DNA of 55,160 bases, from positions 1 to 55,160 of the forward strand of contig CAYVBS010000002.1 in the NCBI GenBank assembly GCA_964449955.1, written 5' to 3'. The first letter of the stretch is position 1. Every line of letters starts with the position of its first letter. Positions 8,885-16,557 of this stretch are shown here, one piece after another. The stretch is from an uncultured Candidatus Saccharibacteria bacterium. GTDB taxonomy: Bacteria > Patescibacteriota > Dojkabacteria > SC72. Made by a program: the position numbers and the translations under genes. Below the pieces are notes generated by a model, which was given only the letters and a program-made list of their open reading frames with translations, had not been told where the DNA came from and did not search any database.

Positions 8885-9001
8885 TGTAGGTCGTCGGACT
8901 TGCACCGCTAGATTGCTAAACGCCCCACCTTATCTTCGCTTTTCACAGCGTATAAGCAGGAACTTGCAATGTGAGCTTCTACCAACTCACAACCGACCTA
9001 C
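8885..9001 (-). ncRNA. 117-nt tRNA-like structured RNA candidate (not a canonical tRNA)
   Basis: On the minus strand, 5' GTAGGTCG pairs perfectly with 3' CGACCTAC. It has a D-loop-like GTGAGTTGGTAGAAGCTCAC, a T-arm-like CGGTGCAAGTCCG in the correct 3' register (7-nt loop + 5 + 7 + 1), and a long irregular hairpin (ATTGC...CGCT GTGAAA AGCG...GCAAT) where the anticodon and variable arms would be. It is visibly more GC-rich than its surroundings and starts 6 nt after the NUDIX stop. Confidence 0.3.
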
Positions 9002-9007
9002 TATTGA

Positions 9008-9445
9008 TTATAAATTTTCTTGTTTGAAAATTCTATTAACCCTCTTGTATATTAGATCTTCCTTATCTTCAAATACATCTTCTAATTCTAGTAGTGATAC
9101 CCATTGGTAATTCACATGTTCATCTGAAAGTATTACTTCTGGAGTATTATCTAAAGATACCAAGTATGTAGTTTCTGTTACATTCTTAATATCTCCATTC
9201 TCTTTTGTAAAGCTATAACTTTCTGAATCCACGAGTTTAAGATCTTCATGAGATATATCTATACCTGATTCTTCTTTTACTTCTCTTATTACACTTGTTT
9301 CCATATCTTCTCCTTCATCTATTCCTCCAGATGGTAATTCCCAGAATCCTGGAAGTGAGTCGTCTTTAGGAGCCCTTTGTATTAGTAAGAACTTCTTCTC
9401 TGGATTAAGTATTAAACTGGCTATGTTTTCTTTTGTTATTATCAT
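9008..9445 (-). CDS. NUDIX hydrolase
   Basis: 145 aa with a complete Nudix box: GGGIDEGEDMETSVIREVKEESGI. Confidence 0.85.
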   Translation of the reverse strand: MIITKENIASLILNPEKKFLLIQRAPKDDSLPGFWELPSGGIDEGEDMETSVIREVKEESGIDISHEDLKLVDSESYSFTKENGDIKNVTETTYLVSLDNTPEVILSDEHVNYQWVSLLELEDVFEDKEDLIYKRVNRIFKQENL

Positions 9446-9465
9446 GAGAAGTATTGTATCAGAAA

Positions 9466-9500
9466 ATGGTGGGATGTGTTGAATAGCTTGGAACTTAAAA
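9466..9500 (-). repeat. att-like site S4 (diverged core)
   Basis: ATGGTGGGATGTG (9/13 to the core) followed by TTGAATAGCTTGGAACTTAAAA. Confidence 0.6.
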
Positions 9501-9525
9501 AACTTTTAACTTTATTCATTAATAT

Positions 9526-9996
9526 CTAATCAGGAATTTCCTCAAAGATATCTTTGGTATGGAATTTTACACTTTTTCCATTGTTTAATTGCAAGGTTAT
9601 CTTTGGAAATTCATCTCTATCTTTGGCATATAGATCCCATTTAGCATTATTATGTATCTTTAAAAATTCATCAAAAGAAACAGGTATAACAAATTCTAAA
9701 TGGTCTAATTCAGATTCACATATTTGCCTTTCTTTAGGTTCAACTAATTCAAATCCTAGTATTCTATAACTTTCATATTCATATGGGTTTGAGAATCTAA
9801 AAATTGCAACTCTTCTACCACTCACAATATTCTCAGATATTAATTGACCAAGAGTAAGAGATTGTTCCTTAAGATCCTCATAATCTTGTGCAGAGGATGT
9901 TTGATAACCGAAGTGATCTAATTCCAATTTAGACACATCAAAAGGTATCTGTTCTATTAGCGAAGATGCGAAACTGTCAAAGTTGTCTGTAACCAT
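9526..9996 (-). CDS. YecM-like / VOC-superfamily protein
   Basis: 156 aa. ELDHFGYQTSS...GRRVAIFRF...ELVEPKE...ELDHLEFVIP...VKFHTKDI follows the pattern I recall for YecM (paired DH motifs, GR.I, final .FH). Confidence 0.45.
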   Translation of the reverse strand: MVTDNFDSFASSLIEQIPFDVSKLELDHFGYQTSSAQDYEDLKEQSLTLGQLISENIVSGRRVAIFRFSNPYEYESYRILGFELVEPKERQICESELDHLEFVIPVSFDEFLKIHNNAKWDLYAKDRDEFPKITLQLNNGKSVKFHTKDIFEEIPD

Positions 9997-10022
9997 ATGC
10001 TTATTATATCAGGAAATTTGTA

Positions 10023-10056
10023 ATGGTGGGCGATACTAAAAGGCATGGAACTTAAA
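10023..10056 (-). repeat. att-like site S5
   Basis: ATGGTGGGCGATA CTAAAAGGCATGGAACTTAAA, preceded by ATTATATCAGGAAATTTGTA (10003-10022). Confidence 0.8.
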
Positions 10057-10082
10057 CAAGTTTTAAGTATGACAGTTTATAT

Positions 10083-11216
10083 TTAGATGATTGGATTATC
10101 TTTAACATCATTAATTATGGTGATATTACCACCCGCTTCAACTTTTATGAAAAAGTCTTTCTTCATATCTGTTAGATATCTCTCTGGGTATACGTTTATA
10201 ATTGTTGTATATTCTATCTTTCCTAAATGACTCACGATATCTTGTATTACAGTATCCTTGTTATCTGTAACGTATTTCTGGAATTTATCATGTATAGGCA
10301 CACCTATCCATCCCACAGGGTAATCTTTTGTTTTTAGAGACAATTCTCTTAGTGATTTCATAAAACTTTTTTCATTTCGAAATATCTTACTCCAATCTAT
10401 GCCTTCGCCGGTAAAATAAGCGTCATTTTCACTCTGGACATTGAAGTACTTGTTACTACTTAATTTATAACTCATCTCTAATCCTGAGCAACCATGTTGA
10501 CCATCTTTATATTCAGTTATATATACGCCTCTGTCTATTGTATTCAACACCTGTACTTCAAAATCATCCTTTTTTACTAAAATAGTGCCATCTTGTAAGC
10601 TCTCGTTCCAGACTCTCTCTAAGGACCTATTTAATTCACTCCGAATATAACTAAGAACCTTTTTAATGAATTGGTTATTCAAGTAATCTCCTTCTATCCA
10701 GCATCCCATACTTTCACGAAGGTAAGTGTTTTCTTTAATGTAAGCTGTTCCCAGCAAAGAGTCTTCAATTAAATTATAATTAAAATCTAAACCAAATTTT
10801 GTCTTTACAGAGATTATCTTATCTTCACAAAGCCAATCCCCAAACTCACTTACTTTCTGGATATCCTTAAACCCCATCTTCTCAAGTGCTATCATAGCTC
10901 TAAACTCTTCCATGAAAGAAGCTAATTTTCTTTGTGCTTCAAAAACCGAACAATTTGATATAATTAATTCATCAAAAAGTTTGGGATATTTTTCAACATA
11001 TTTTGAAAAGGTCCTCTCTTGTTGATTTAGATACTTTTGGCTTTCATACATACGAAAGAACCAGCCGACTTCTAGTGGATTTTCAATAGTCCCACTGAAA
11101 AGCCATTTTTCTAAGAAACTACTTAAGTATGGAGCTTCTTTGAACTTATTCTTGTAGAAGTTCCAATCTGTTAATTTATTCCCCGGTACAAAGTGTTCTT
11201 CCTTAAATAAACGCAT
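10083..11216 (-). CDS. hypothetical protein
   Basis: 377-aa ORF; no motif recognised. It starts 15 nt downstream of the stop of the preceding (5'-proximal on the minus strand) 209-aa ORF, so they probably form an operon. Confidence 0.5.
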   Translation of the reverse strand: MRLFKEEHFVPGNKLTDWNFYKNKFKEAPYLSSFLEKWLFSGTIENPLEVGWFFRMYESQKYLNQQERTFSKYVEKYPKLFDELIISNCSVFEAQRKLASFMEEFRAMIALEKMGFKDIQKVSEFGDWLCEDKIISVKTKFGLDFNYNLIEDSLLGTAYIKENTYLRESMGCWIEGDYLNNQFIKKVLSYIRSELNRSLERVWNESLQDGTILVKKDDFEVQVLNTIDRGVYITEYKDGQHGCSGLEMSYKLSSNKYFNVQSENDAYFTGEGIDWSKIFRNEKSFMKSLRELSLKTKDYPVGWIGVPIHDKFQKYVTDNKDTVIQDIVSHLGKIEYTTIINVYPERYLTDMKKDFFIKVEAGGNITIINDVKDNPII

Positions 11217-11231
11217 AGTCTGAACGTGCTA

Positions 11232-11861
11232 TTACAATCTTATTTTATAGCTTTTGAAGTCTTTTGCAATTTCAAACTTATACTCAGAGTGTCCTTCTCT
11301 TTCAGGATCAAGATCAACAACAGTGTAAATGTACTTTCCTTCTTTTTGGCTTAAGAGAATCAACAAGTAAAAAGCAAACTCTTTTTCAGATTTAAGGTAT
11401 TCTTTTATTTCTTGGGCTGTAGATTGTCCATCTATATCTAAAAATATAACGAGAACAGTCTCTCCTACCTGGGCATAGTGTTTTTTGTGTTTTCCCTTGA
11501 TTTTATCTACTATTAGCTGAGATATGAGTATGTCTTTTGTTGTTTCTGACGATTCTTCTCGTGTTAGCATTGTCTGTTCTAGTTCTATGTATTCTTCTTC
11601 TTCTCTTGTAGTAAGTTTAAGATAGCCATCTAAGGGGTCCTCGTCTATATTATTTTTACATATGCTCCACGAAACGTTTTTACCTTCGTAAACTTTATTC
11701 ATTACTTCAGAAATAATTAAAGCTGTTAGTGCCTCTCTCATCTTTGTATTAGTTAGTGTACAGTTAATATCTTTTGTCAGAATATTTTGGGGATCCTTTA
11801 TTGCGGGGATTAACTCTTTAAATAAAGCTTGTGGATTTACTGTTTCTCTTTTGATATGCAC
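11232..11861 (-). CDS. hypothetical protein
   Basis: 209-aa ORF with a GTG start. TGATATAAT (11899-11891, minus) lies ~30 nt upstream. No confident motif. Confidence 0.45.
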   Translation of the reverse strand: MHIKRETVNPQALFKELIPAIKDPQNILTKDINCTLTNTKMREALTALIISEVMNKVYEGKNVSWSICKNNIDEDPLDGYLKLTTREEEEYIELEQTMLTREESSETTKDILISQLIVDKIKGKHKKHYAQVGETVLVIFLDIDGQSTAQEIKEYLKSEKEFAFYLLILLSQKEGKYIYTVVDLDPEREGHSEYKFEIAKDFKSYKIRL

Positions 11862-12016
11862 TTTATACGTGAAGACATAAATTATTTATAATTATATCAG
11901 TAAATTCTGATGTTTCATTAGTATAAACATACATAATATATAACGTTATTAGATATGCAGATTTGTTTGGAATCTCATAAACTCTTTTGGTCTAGTCATT
12001 AAGAGGTTAAAAAGAC

Positions 12017-12050
12017 CCTGCTGGCGATATTAAAATGCATGGAACTTAAA
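12017..12050 (-). repeat. att-like site S6 (left boundary of the recombinase-bearing unit)
   Basis: CCTGCTGGCGATA (8/13 to the core; the GGCGATA half is intact) followed by an intact second arm, TTAAAATGCATGGAACTTAAA. Confidence 0.7.
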
Positions 12051-12085
12051 GTCGGTGTAAGTTTTATTGTTAAATACCTAAAGAC

Positions 12086-13039
12086 TTAACTTGGATTCTT
12101 TATTAAACTGATACTACGATTTACAAAGGGATCATGTTTCCAGCTCCTATTTCTTTTTCGAATCCTGTTTATGTGGGTAAGAAGTAGTTCCTGGAATAAG
12201 TAGTTATCTCTTTTAGCAAAGTAAATAAGAAGATTCTCCCCTATCCTATTATTTTTATCTTTTTTCGATTCTAGGAGCTCGTTTACAACTCGCTCAATAT
12301 TATTCTTACCTTCGATTAGTAATTGCTTCTTCCTAAATTGATTTTTAAATTTGTTCATTAGTTGATAAACTGTGTCGTCGTACTTGTCATAATTTTTATG
12401 AATTTGATCTACCAGCTTATCGATATCAGAGTAATCAAAACTTGTTACAAGAGCTTGTTTATCTTTGTGTGCTTTGATTTCTGTTATTAATTTGTTCCAG
12501 GATTCCTCGATGGTAAAAGGCATTGGTAGCCCAACTCGGACTTTTTCAATTGTTTCAAGATACAGTTTCTTTGCATTTGCTTCAGATAGACTTAATTTGT
12601 CTATCATATCCATGGTTATGTATATCATTCCAGGGGCTAGAAATGAGTCTCTAGGATCAAAATCTTTTATACCATACTTCTTTCGCTCCACTTCAGTAAG
12701 ATCGTCTCCACCGGTATTTGAGCAACCATTAATATCTAGATCATTTACTTCAAAATACAAGCATAAACTTTCAAGAAGCTTTCCTTCTCTTTCAAGTAGA
12801 TCTGCCATCTGATGAATATCATTTCTATATAACCCCCAATCCCTGTTTTTAGCATTAATTAGCTTGTCCTTATTCAAGTACGCCCACATTACATCATGAT
12901 ACGATGGTGGGTTACCCCATGCCTTCTTAAGTTGTTGATATATTTGTAATAAGTCCTTGTTCTCTGTAATTCTTTTATCGATATTTGGAGCGGAAGGAGT
13001 TGTTGATCCAGAACTAAGAAGCAATTCTAGAAGTCTCAT
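12086..13039 (-). CDS. hypothetical protein
   Basis: 317-aa ORF, helical and charged; no motif recognised. It starts 58 nt downstream of the DGQHR fusion gene on the minus strand. Confidence 0.5.
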   Translation of the reverse strand: MRLLELLLSSGSTTPSAPNIDKRITENKDLLQIYQQLKKAWGNPPSYHDVMWAYLNKDKLINAKNRDWGLYRNDIHQMADLLEREGKLLESLCLYFEVNDLDINGCSNTGGDDLTEVERKKYGIKDFDPRDSFLAPGMIYITMDMIDKLSLSEANAKKLYLETIEKVRVGLPMPFTIEESWNKLITEIKAHKDKQALVTSFDYSDIDKLVDQIHKNYDKYDDTVYQLMNKFKNQFRKKQLLIEGKNNIERVVNELLESKKDKNNRIGENLLIYFAKRDNYLFQELLLTHINRIRKRNRSWKHDPFVNRSISLIKNPS

Positions 13040-13097
13040 TATTGCTACTAATTAAATTAGTTTAGAGCTTTTAGAAATCCAGGTCTCATAGGATTTC

Positions 13098-15308
13098 TTA
13101 TTTTGCACTATTAATCATCTGATAGCCCTCTCTAAAAAGAGAGTTGTAACTATCTAGTTTATCTTTGAGGTACAATTTTAATTGATCCTCTTTCTCACCA
13201 TCGAGACGAATCTTTTTTGCGTTGAGTTTATACCAACTCTTAAGTCGATTCTTTGATCTTACTGCACATACTCCAATATCTGTCGCAGGCACTATTATCT
13301 CAAGTACTAGAGGGCTGTCTTTGAATTTCTGAAGAATTACATCGTCAAGAGAGTAGCCTTTTACTAATATGTGATCATGAAGTTTACTTTGAAAGAATTG
13401 TTGAAGTTTGTCAAAGTTCCCATCAAAATAATCCTCATATTCTGTATCTATGCCTGTAATCATTTTGTTATCTCGGATCCCAACATAGATGTGGCCCTCA
13501 ACACCCTTGTTTATATACGCACAAATTGTACCGAGTATGGCGTCTTCGAAAAGGTTGGGATCAGCATTGTCTTCTTTAATGTTATAGGCAAATGTCTCTT
13601 TAAATTCATGGGTCAAATCTTCTTCAATTTTTGAAATAAAACTGTCACTTGCAAGTTCTTTGAATGATTCATTTAATTCCCCAGCTTTTAGAATTATATC
13701 TTCAGCAATCTCTCGTCTCCCACTTTCGGAGGAATCCTTTTTCTCCTCCACCAATCTATCTATGCCATAACTTAGTAACGCTTCTGATATGGTGTCTGTA
13801 AAATTTATAAGATCACCTTTCAGCTCACTTTGTGATAGGTGTTTCAGATCTCTTCTTTTAATAAGCAAGTATTGATAGAACTTATTAAGTATGTAGCTCA
13901 AAATTGCGACTCCATTGTTACTGCAAATGAATCCTTTATCTCCCATTTCCCAGTCTTCTTTGATCTTTTCTGTCTCAATGAGGGATCCAAAATATATATC
14001 TAAGAATTTGTAATACTTATCGATGTCTTTATCTAAAAGTAGTTTGTAGACCTTAGTAACTTTTGATTTAAAGGAAACTCCAATGTTGTTAATTTTCAGA
14101 CTATAACTCTTTGCATCTTTTAGAGAGATACTTGGAATGTATATTTGATCCTTGAAAAATACTGACTTTCTGTTCAAGTCTTTAACTAACCGAGCAAGTT
14201 TGTACTTGTCATCTGTTTCAGGATAGATATCTGTGTAGAGATCCCAAAGATAATCTGGTTGTATACTTTTTTGATTTTGGTTGATCTCAACAAATAAATT
14301 TGCTTGCTCAGCTTGTGATAACTGTGAAAAAGCTATTACATTAAGCATATGATCGTGAGCAATCTGATCCAGACCAGAATAGCCAAATAATCTGTGCTGA
14401 CCATCTATGATCCAGGCATAACCATATTCTTCAGGAAACTTAAGCCATCCGGGAGTAACATTCGCTGCTCTTCTTTCTGCATTTCGCTGTTCAAGTGATG
14501 AAAACTCAAGCTTTTTATCAAAGTTGATAAGTATTGGTGTCGGAAATGAATTGCCTTCAATACTAAGAAACTTTTGAATAGCTTTGATTTTGGGAATATC
14601 AATCATTCTCTGGTAAGTAACATCGCTCCCATCAGTATTTATAGAATTTTCAAAATTTCGCCTATGTACATATGCAATTTTGAGAAGATCTTCTGGGCTC
14701 ATTTGAAAATTGTAACAATCAAAGCCTTTATAGTTGCCTTTAGTTACAAGACAATTATAACTTTTATTTCCACGCCCCCATTTTTTTCCTTTTTGAGCAA
14801 GTAAATCTGAGAAGATTATGTGTGAAGACCGATCTTTAAGCTTTTCAGCTAATGATAAGTATTGAGAAAGAATTTTACTATTCCAAAGATCAATTTTATC
14901 TTCTTTGGCTTTTTTAAAGTTTGTTAAGCTTAGGTCGTTATCTGAGTAAATAAGTAAAAATAAACAAGGTTTGTCACTTTTCGTAAATTTTCTCAAGTAG
15001 TTTTGAATCTCACTTTTATTTGCAGCAATTTTATCAATCTCTTCAGTTACGATATGAGAATTACCACTTTTACACTCAACTACAAATTGTACATCTTCAA
15101 ACTCTGCATATACATCAATTTCATAATTCGTTCTAGCTAATTTTACAATGAAAGGTTGCGAACTTATGTTTAGAGGATTCATAAGTAAAAGCATGTATCT
15201 TACTTTTGCCTCTAATCGTTCACTTACCTTCTCAAGCGTTTCATAATTTTTGTTTGTCTGGACTAACTCCTCGTACTCTGCAGTTCCGATCTGTGTTAAT
15301 TCCTTCAT
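13098..15308 (-). CDS. three-domain fusion: PD-(D/E)xK nuclease-like + DGQHR (DndB/ParB-like) + AlbA_2/Schlafen-like DNA-binding domain
   Basis: The ORF track extends to the TTG at 15347; the ATG at 15308 (MKELTQIG) is preferred. N-terminus: EIDVYAEFEDVQFVVECKSG (D...E-x-K). Middle: AWIIDGQHRLFGY and LFVEINQNQKSI (DGQHR domain signature). C-terminus: THEFKETF...ICAYINKGVEGHIYVGIRDNKMITGID (AlbA_2/Schlafen pattern). Confidence 0.6.
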   Translation of the reverse strand: MKELTQIGTAEYEELVQTNKNYETLEKVSERLEAKVRYMLLLMNPLNISSQPFIVKLARTNYEIDVYAEFEDVQFVVECKSGNSHIVTEEIDKIAANKSEIQNYLRKFTKSDKPCLFLLIYSDNDLSLTNFKKAKEDKIDLWNSKILSQYLSLAEKLKDRSSHIIFSDLLAQKGKKWGRGNKSYNCLVTKGNYKGFDCYNFQMSPEDLLKIAYVHRRNFENSINTDGSDVTYQRMIDIPKIKAIQKFLSIEGNSFPTPILINFDKKLEFSSLEQRNAERRAANVTPGWLKFPEEYGYAWIIDGQHRLFGYSGLDQIAHDHMLNVIAFSQLSQAEQANLFVEINQNQKSIQPDYLWDLYTDIYPETDDKYKLARLVKDLNRKSVFFKDQIYIPSISLKDAKSYSLKINNIGVSFKSKVTKVYKLLLDKDIDKYYKFLDIYFGSLIETEKIKEDWEMGDKGFICSNNGVAILSYILNKFYQYLLIKRRDLKHLSQSELKGDLINFTDTISEALLSYGIDRLVEEKKDSSESGRREIAEDIILKAGELNESFKELASDSFISKIEEDLTHEFKETFAYNIKEDNADPNLFEDAILGTICAYINKGVEGHIYVGIRDNKMITGIDTEYEDYFDGNFDKLQQFFQSKLHDHILVKGYSLDDVILQKFKDSPLVLEIIVPATDIGVCAVRSKNRLKSWYKLNAKKIRLDGEKEDQLKLYLKDKLDSYNSLFREGYQMINSAK

Positions 15309-15488
15309 CGATTTTTTTATAAATTTAGTAAAGATAAATATTAGCAAGGATCGCCATTGTCAACTCTTACCATCAAGTTTCTTAGGATAGTTATATTTTT
15401 TTAATCCCCAACGCTCAAAAATTTTACAGTCCGATAAAGATTATTAAAATTTAAACAATTCCTATCATTTCGAGTAGTCAAAGTCTTA

Positions 15489-16478
15489 CTAATAATTCAA
15501 ATTTACATCAATTGAATCGTTTATATTTGTAGAAGTTGTTTCTATGTAACCACTAGACTTATTTCCCGCTTTATCTATAGCAATAACTTTATACTTATTT
15601 AAACCGCCATGTATCATTAAATTAATTCTCTGATATACTTCTCCATTTTCATCCCACTTAATCTTTTTCCCATCTACTGTTAGTGAGGCAAGGTTTCCAC
15701 TAACACAACCTACAATCGGAGTTGAAGTTATAGAGTCTTGATAGCCCTGCCAATCGCCTATTGTTATATCTACAACCTCTTCTGTGTTAGTGTTACTATA
15801 ACTACACGAGGTGCCAAAATAGTTCTTTATTGTAGGAGGCATTGAGTCTAAATAGACACTTTGAGCCAAAATCTTACTAGTTTCATTCCCAAACTTGTCT
15901 GCAAGCTTAAAAGTAAGAGTATTAGTTCCTTCGGACAACTTATAATTAATATTAAAGGTTCCATCTTTATTCACATTGTAAGCTTTCTCATTAACAAGTA
16001 ATACATCTCCTTGAGCTATTTTGCCTTTTAAAGCGATATCTGATTTATTTGTTTGTTTTGGAAAAGATGTTGTTATTTTGAAAGTACTTACATCTGGGGC
16101 GGTGAGATCTACTTTTATTGTTACCGGCGAAGTGAATTCACTTTCGATATTTTTATATATTTGCTTTACTTTAATGACTGTCTCACCCTCTTTTGTGACA
16201 ACCATGTTTTTACTAAAATTGCCTTCATTGTCAATAATTGCTTCTTCTACAAACTTATCATTAATATAAACAAGTACTTTTGCTTTAGGATAACCTACTC
16301 CGAGTAGAACAAATCTTCCTCCTGATTCTTTATTTAAATCCTTGAGTATAGGGGCTGGTAAAAAAGTTAATGGTTCTGGCCGATTAATTACTCTAAAGTA
16401 TAGGAATAGACAGAATATGAGTACTAGTAAAGCCCCTACAAAAAGAAGTACCCTTTTAAAGTGAGGAGAAACTATCAT
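15489..16478 (-). CDS. membrane-anchored protein with Ig-like beta-sandwich repeats
   Basis: 329 aa. N-terminal TM (LLFVGALLVLIFCLFLYF). VLVYINDKFVEEAIIDNEGNFS...DLTAPDV...KLADKFGNET runs parallel to the 23672-24631 protein (VYVYVNDEFVNSANVEDGQFS...DWTPPST...IEDKAGNRV). Confidence 0.55.
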   Translation of the reverse strand: MIVSPHFKRVLLFVGALLVLIFCLFLYFRVINRPEPLTFLPAPILKDLNKESGGRFVLLGVGYPKAKVLVYINDKFVEEAIIDNEGNFSKNMVVTKEGETVIKVKQIYKNIESEFTSPVTIKVDLTAPDVSTFKITTSFPKQTNKSDIALKGKIAQGDVLLVNEKAYNVNKDGTFNINYKLSEGTNTLTFKLADKFGNETSKILAQSVYLDSMPPTIKNYFGTSCSYSNTNTEEVVDITIGDWQGYQDSITSTPIVGCVSGNLASLTVDGKKIKWDENGEVYQRINLMIHGGLNKYKVIAIDKAGNKSSGYIETTSTNINDSIDVNLNY

Positions 16479-16557
16479 TTGTTGTCTTAATTAATTTAGC
16501 TAAAACTATAATTAATACATGTTTGCGTATATTTATTGTGTAATTCTATTCAATAAA

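Noticed and set aside
8885-9001. Calling the structured element a functional tRNA gene or the SRP (4.5S) RNA.
   Set aside because: It has no 7-nt anticodon loop with U33 and no plausible anticodon stem. The T stem has two mismatches, it is ~40 nt too long, and no CCA is encoded. For SRP RNA, the conserved helix-8 string (GGUCC GGAA GGAAGCAGCC-like) is absent, and an essential RNA inside a mobile cassette is unlikely. It is kept only as a tRNA-like candidate.
6777-12050. Whether the six regularly recurring ~35-nt repeats could be a CRISPR array.
   Set aside because: Spacing is 0.56-2 kb rather than tens of nt, and the intervening segments are full-length ORFs. The repeats are not palindromic, they derive from the tRNA-Val 3' end, and no cas genes are present.
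15350-15359. ATCGCCATTG upstream of the DGQHR fusion gene, resembling an inverted, internally deleted core (ATCGCC-CAC-CATT).
   Set aside because: The match is short and gapped with no flanking arm similarity, so it cannot be distinguished from chance.
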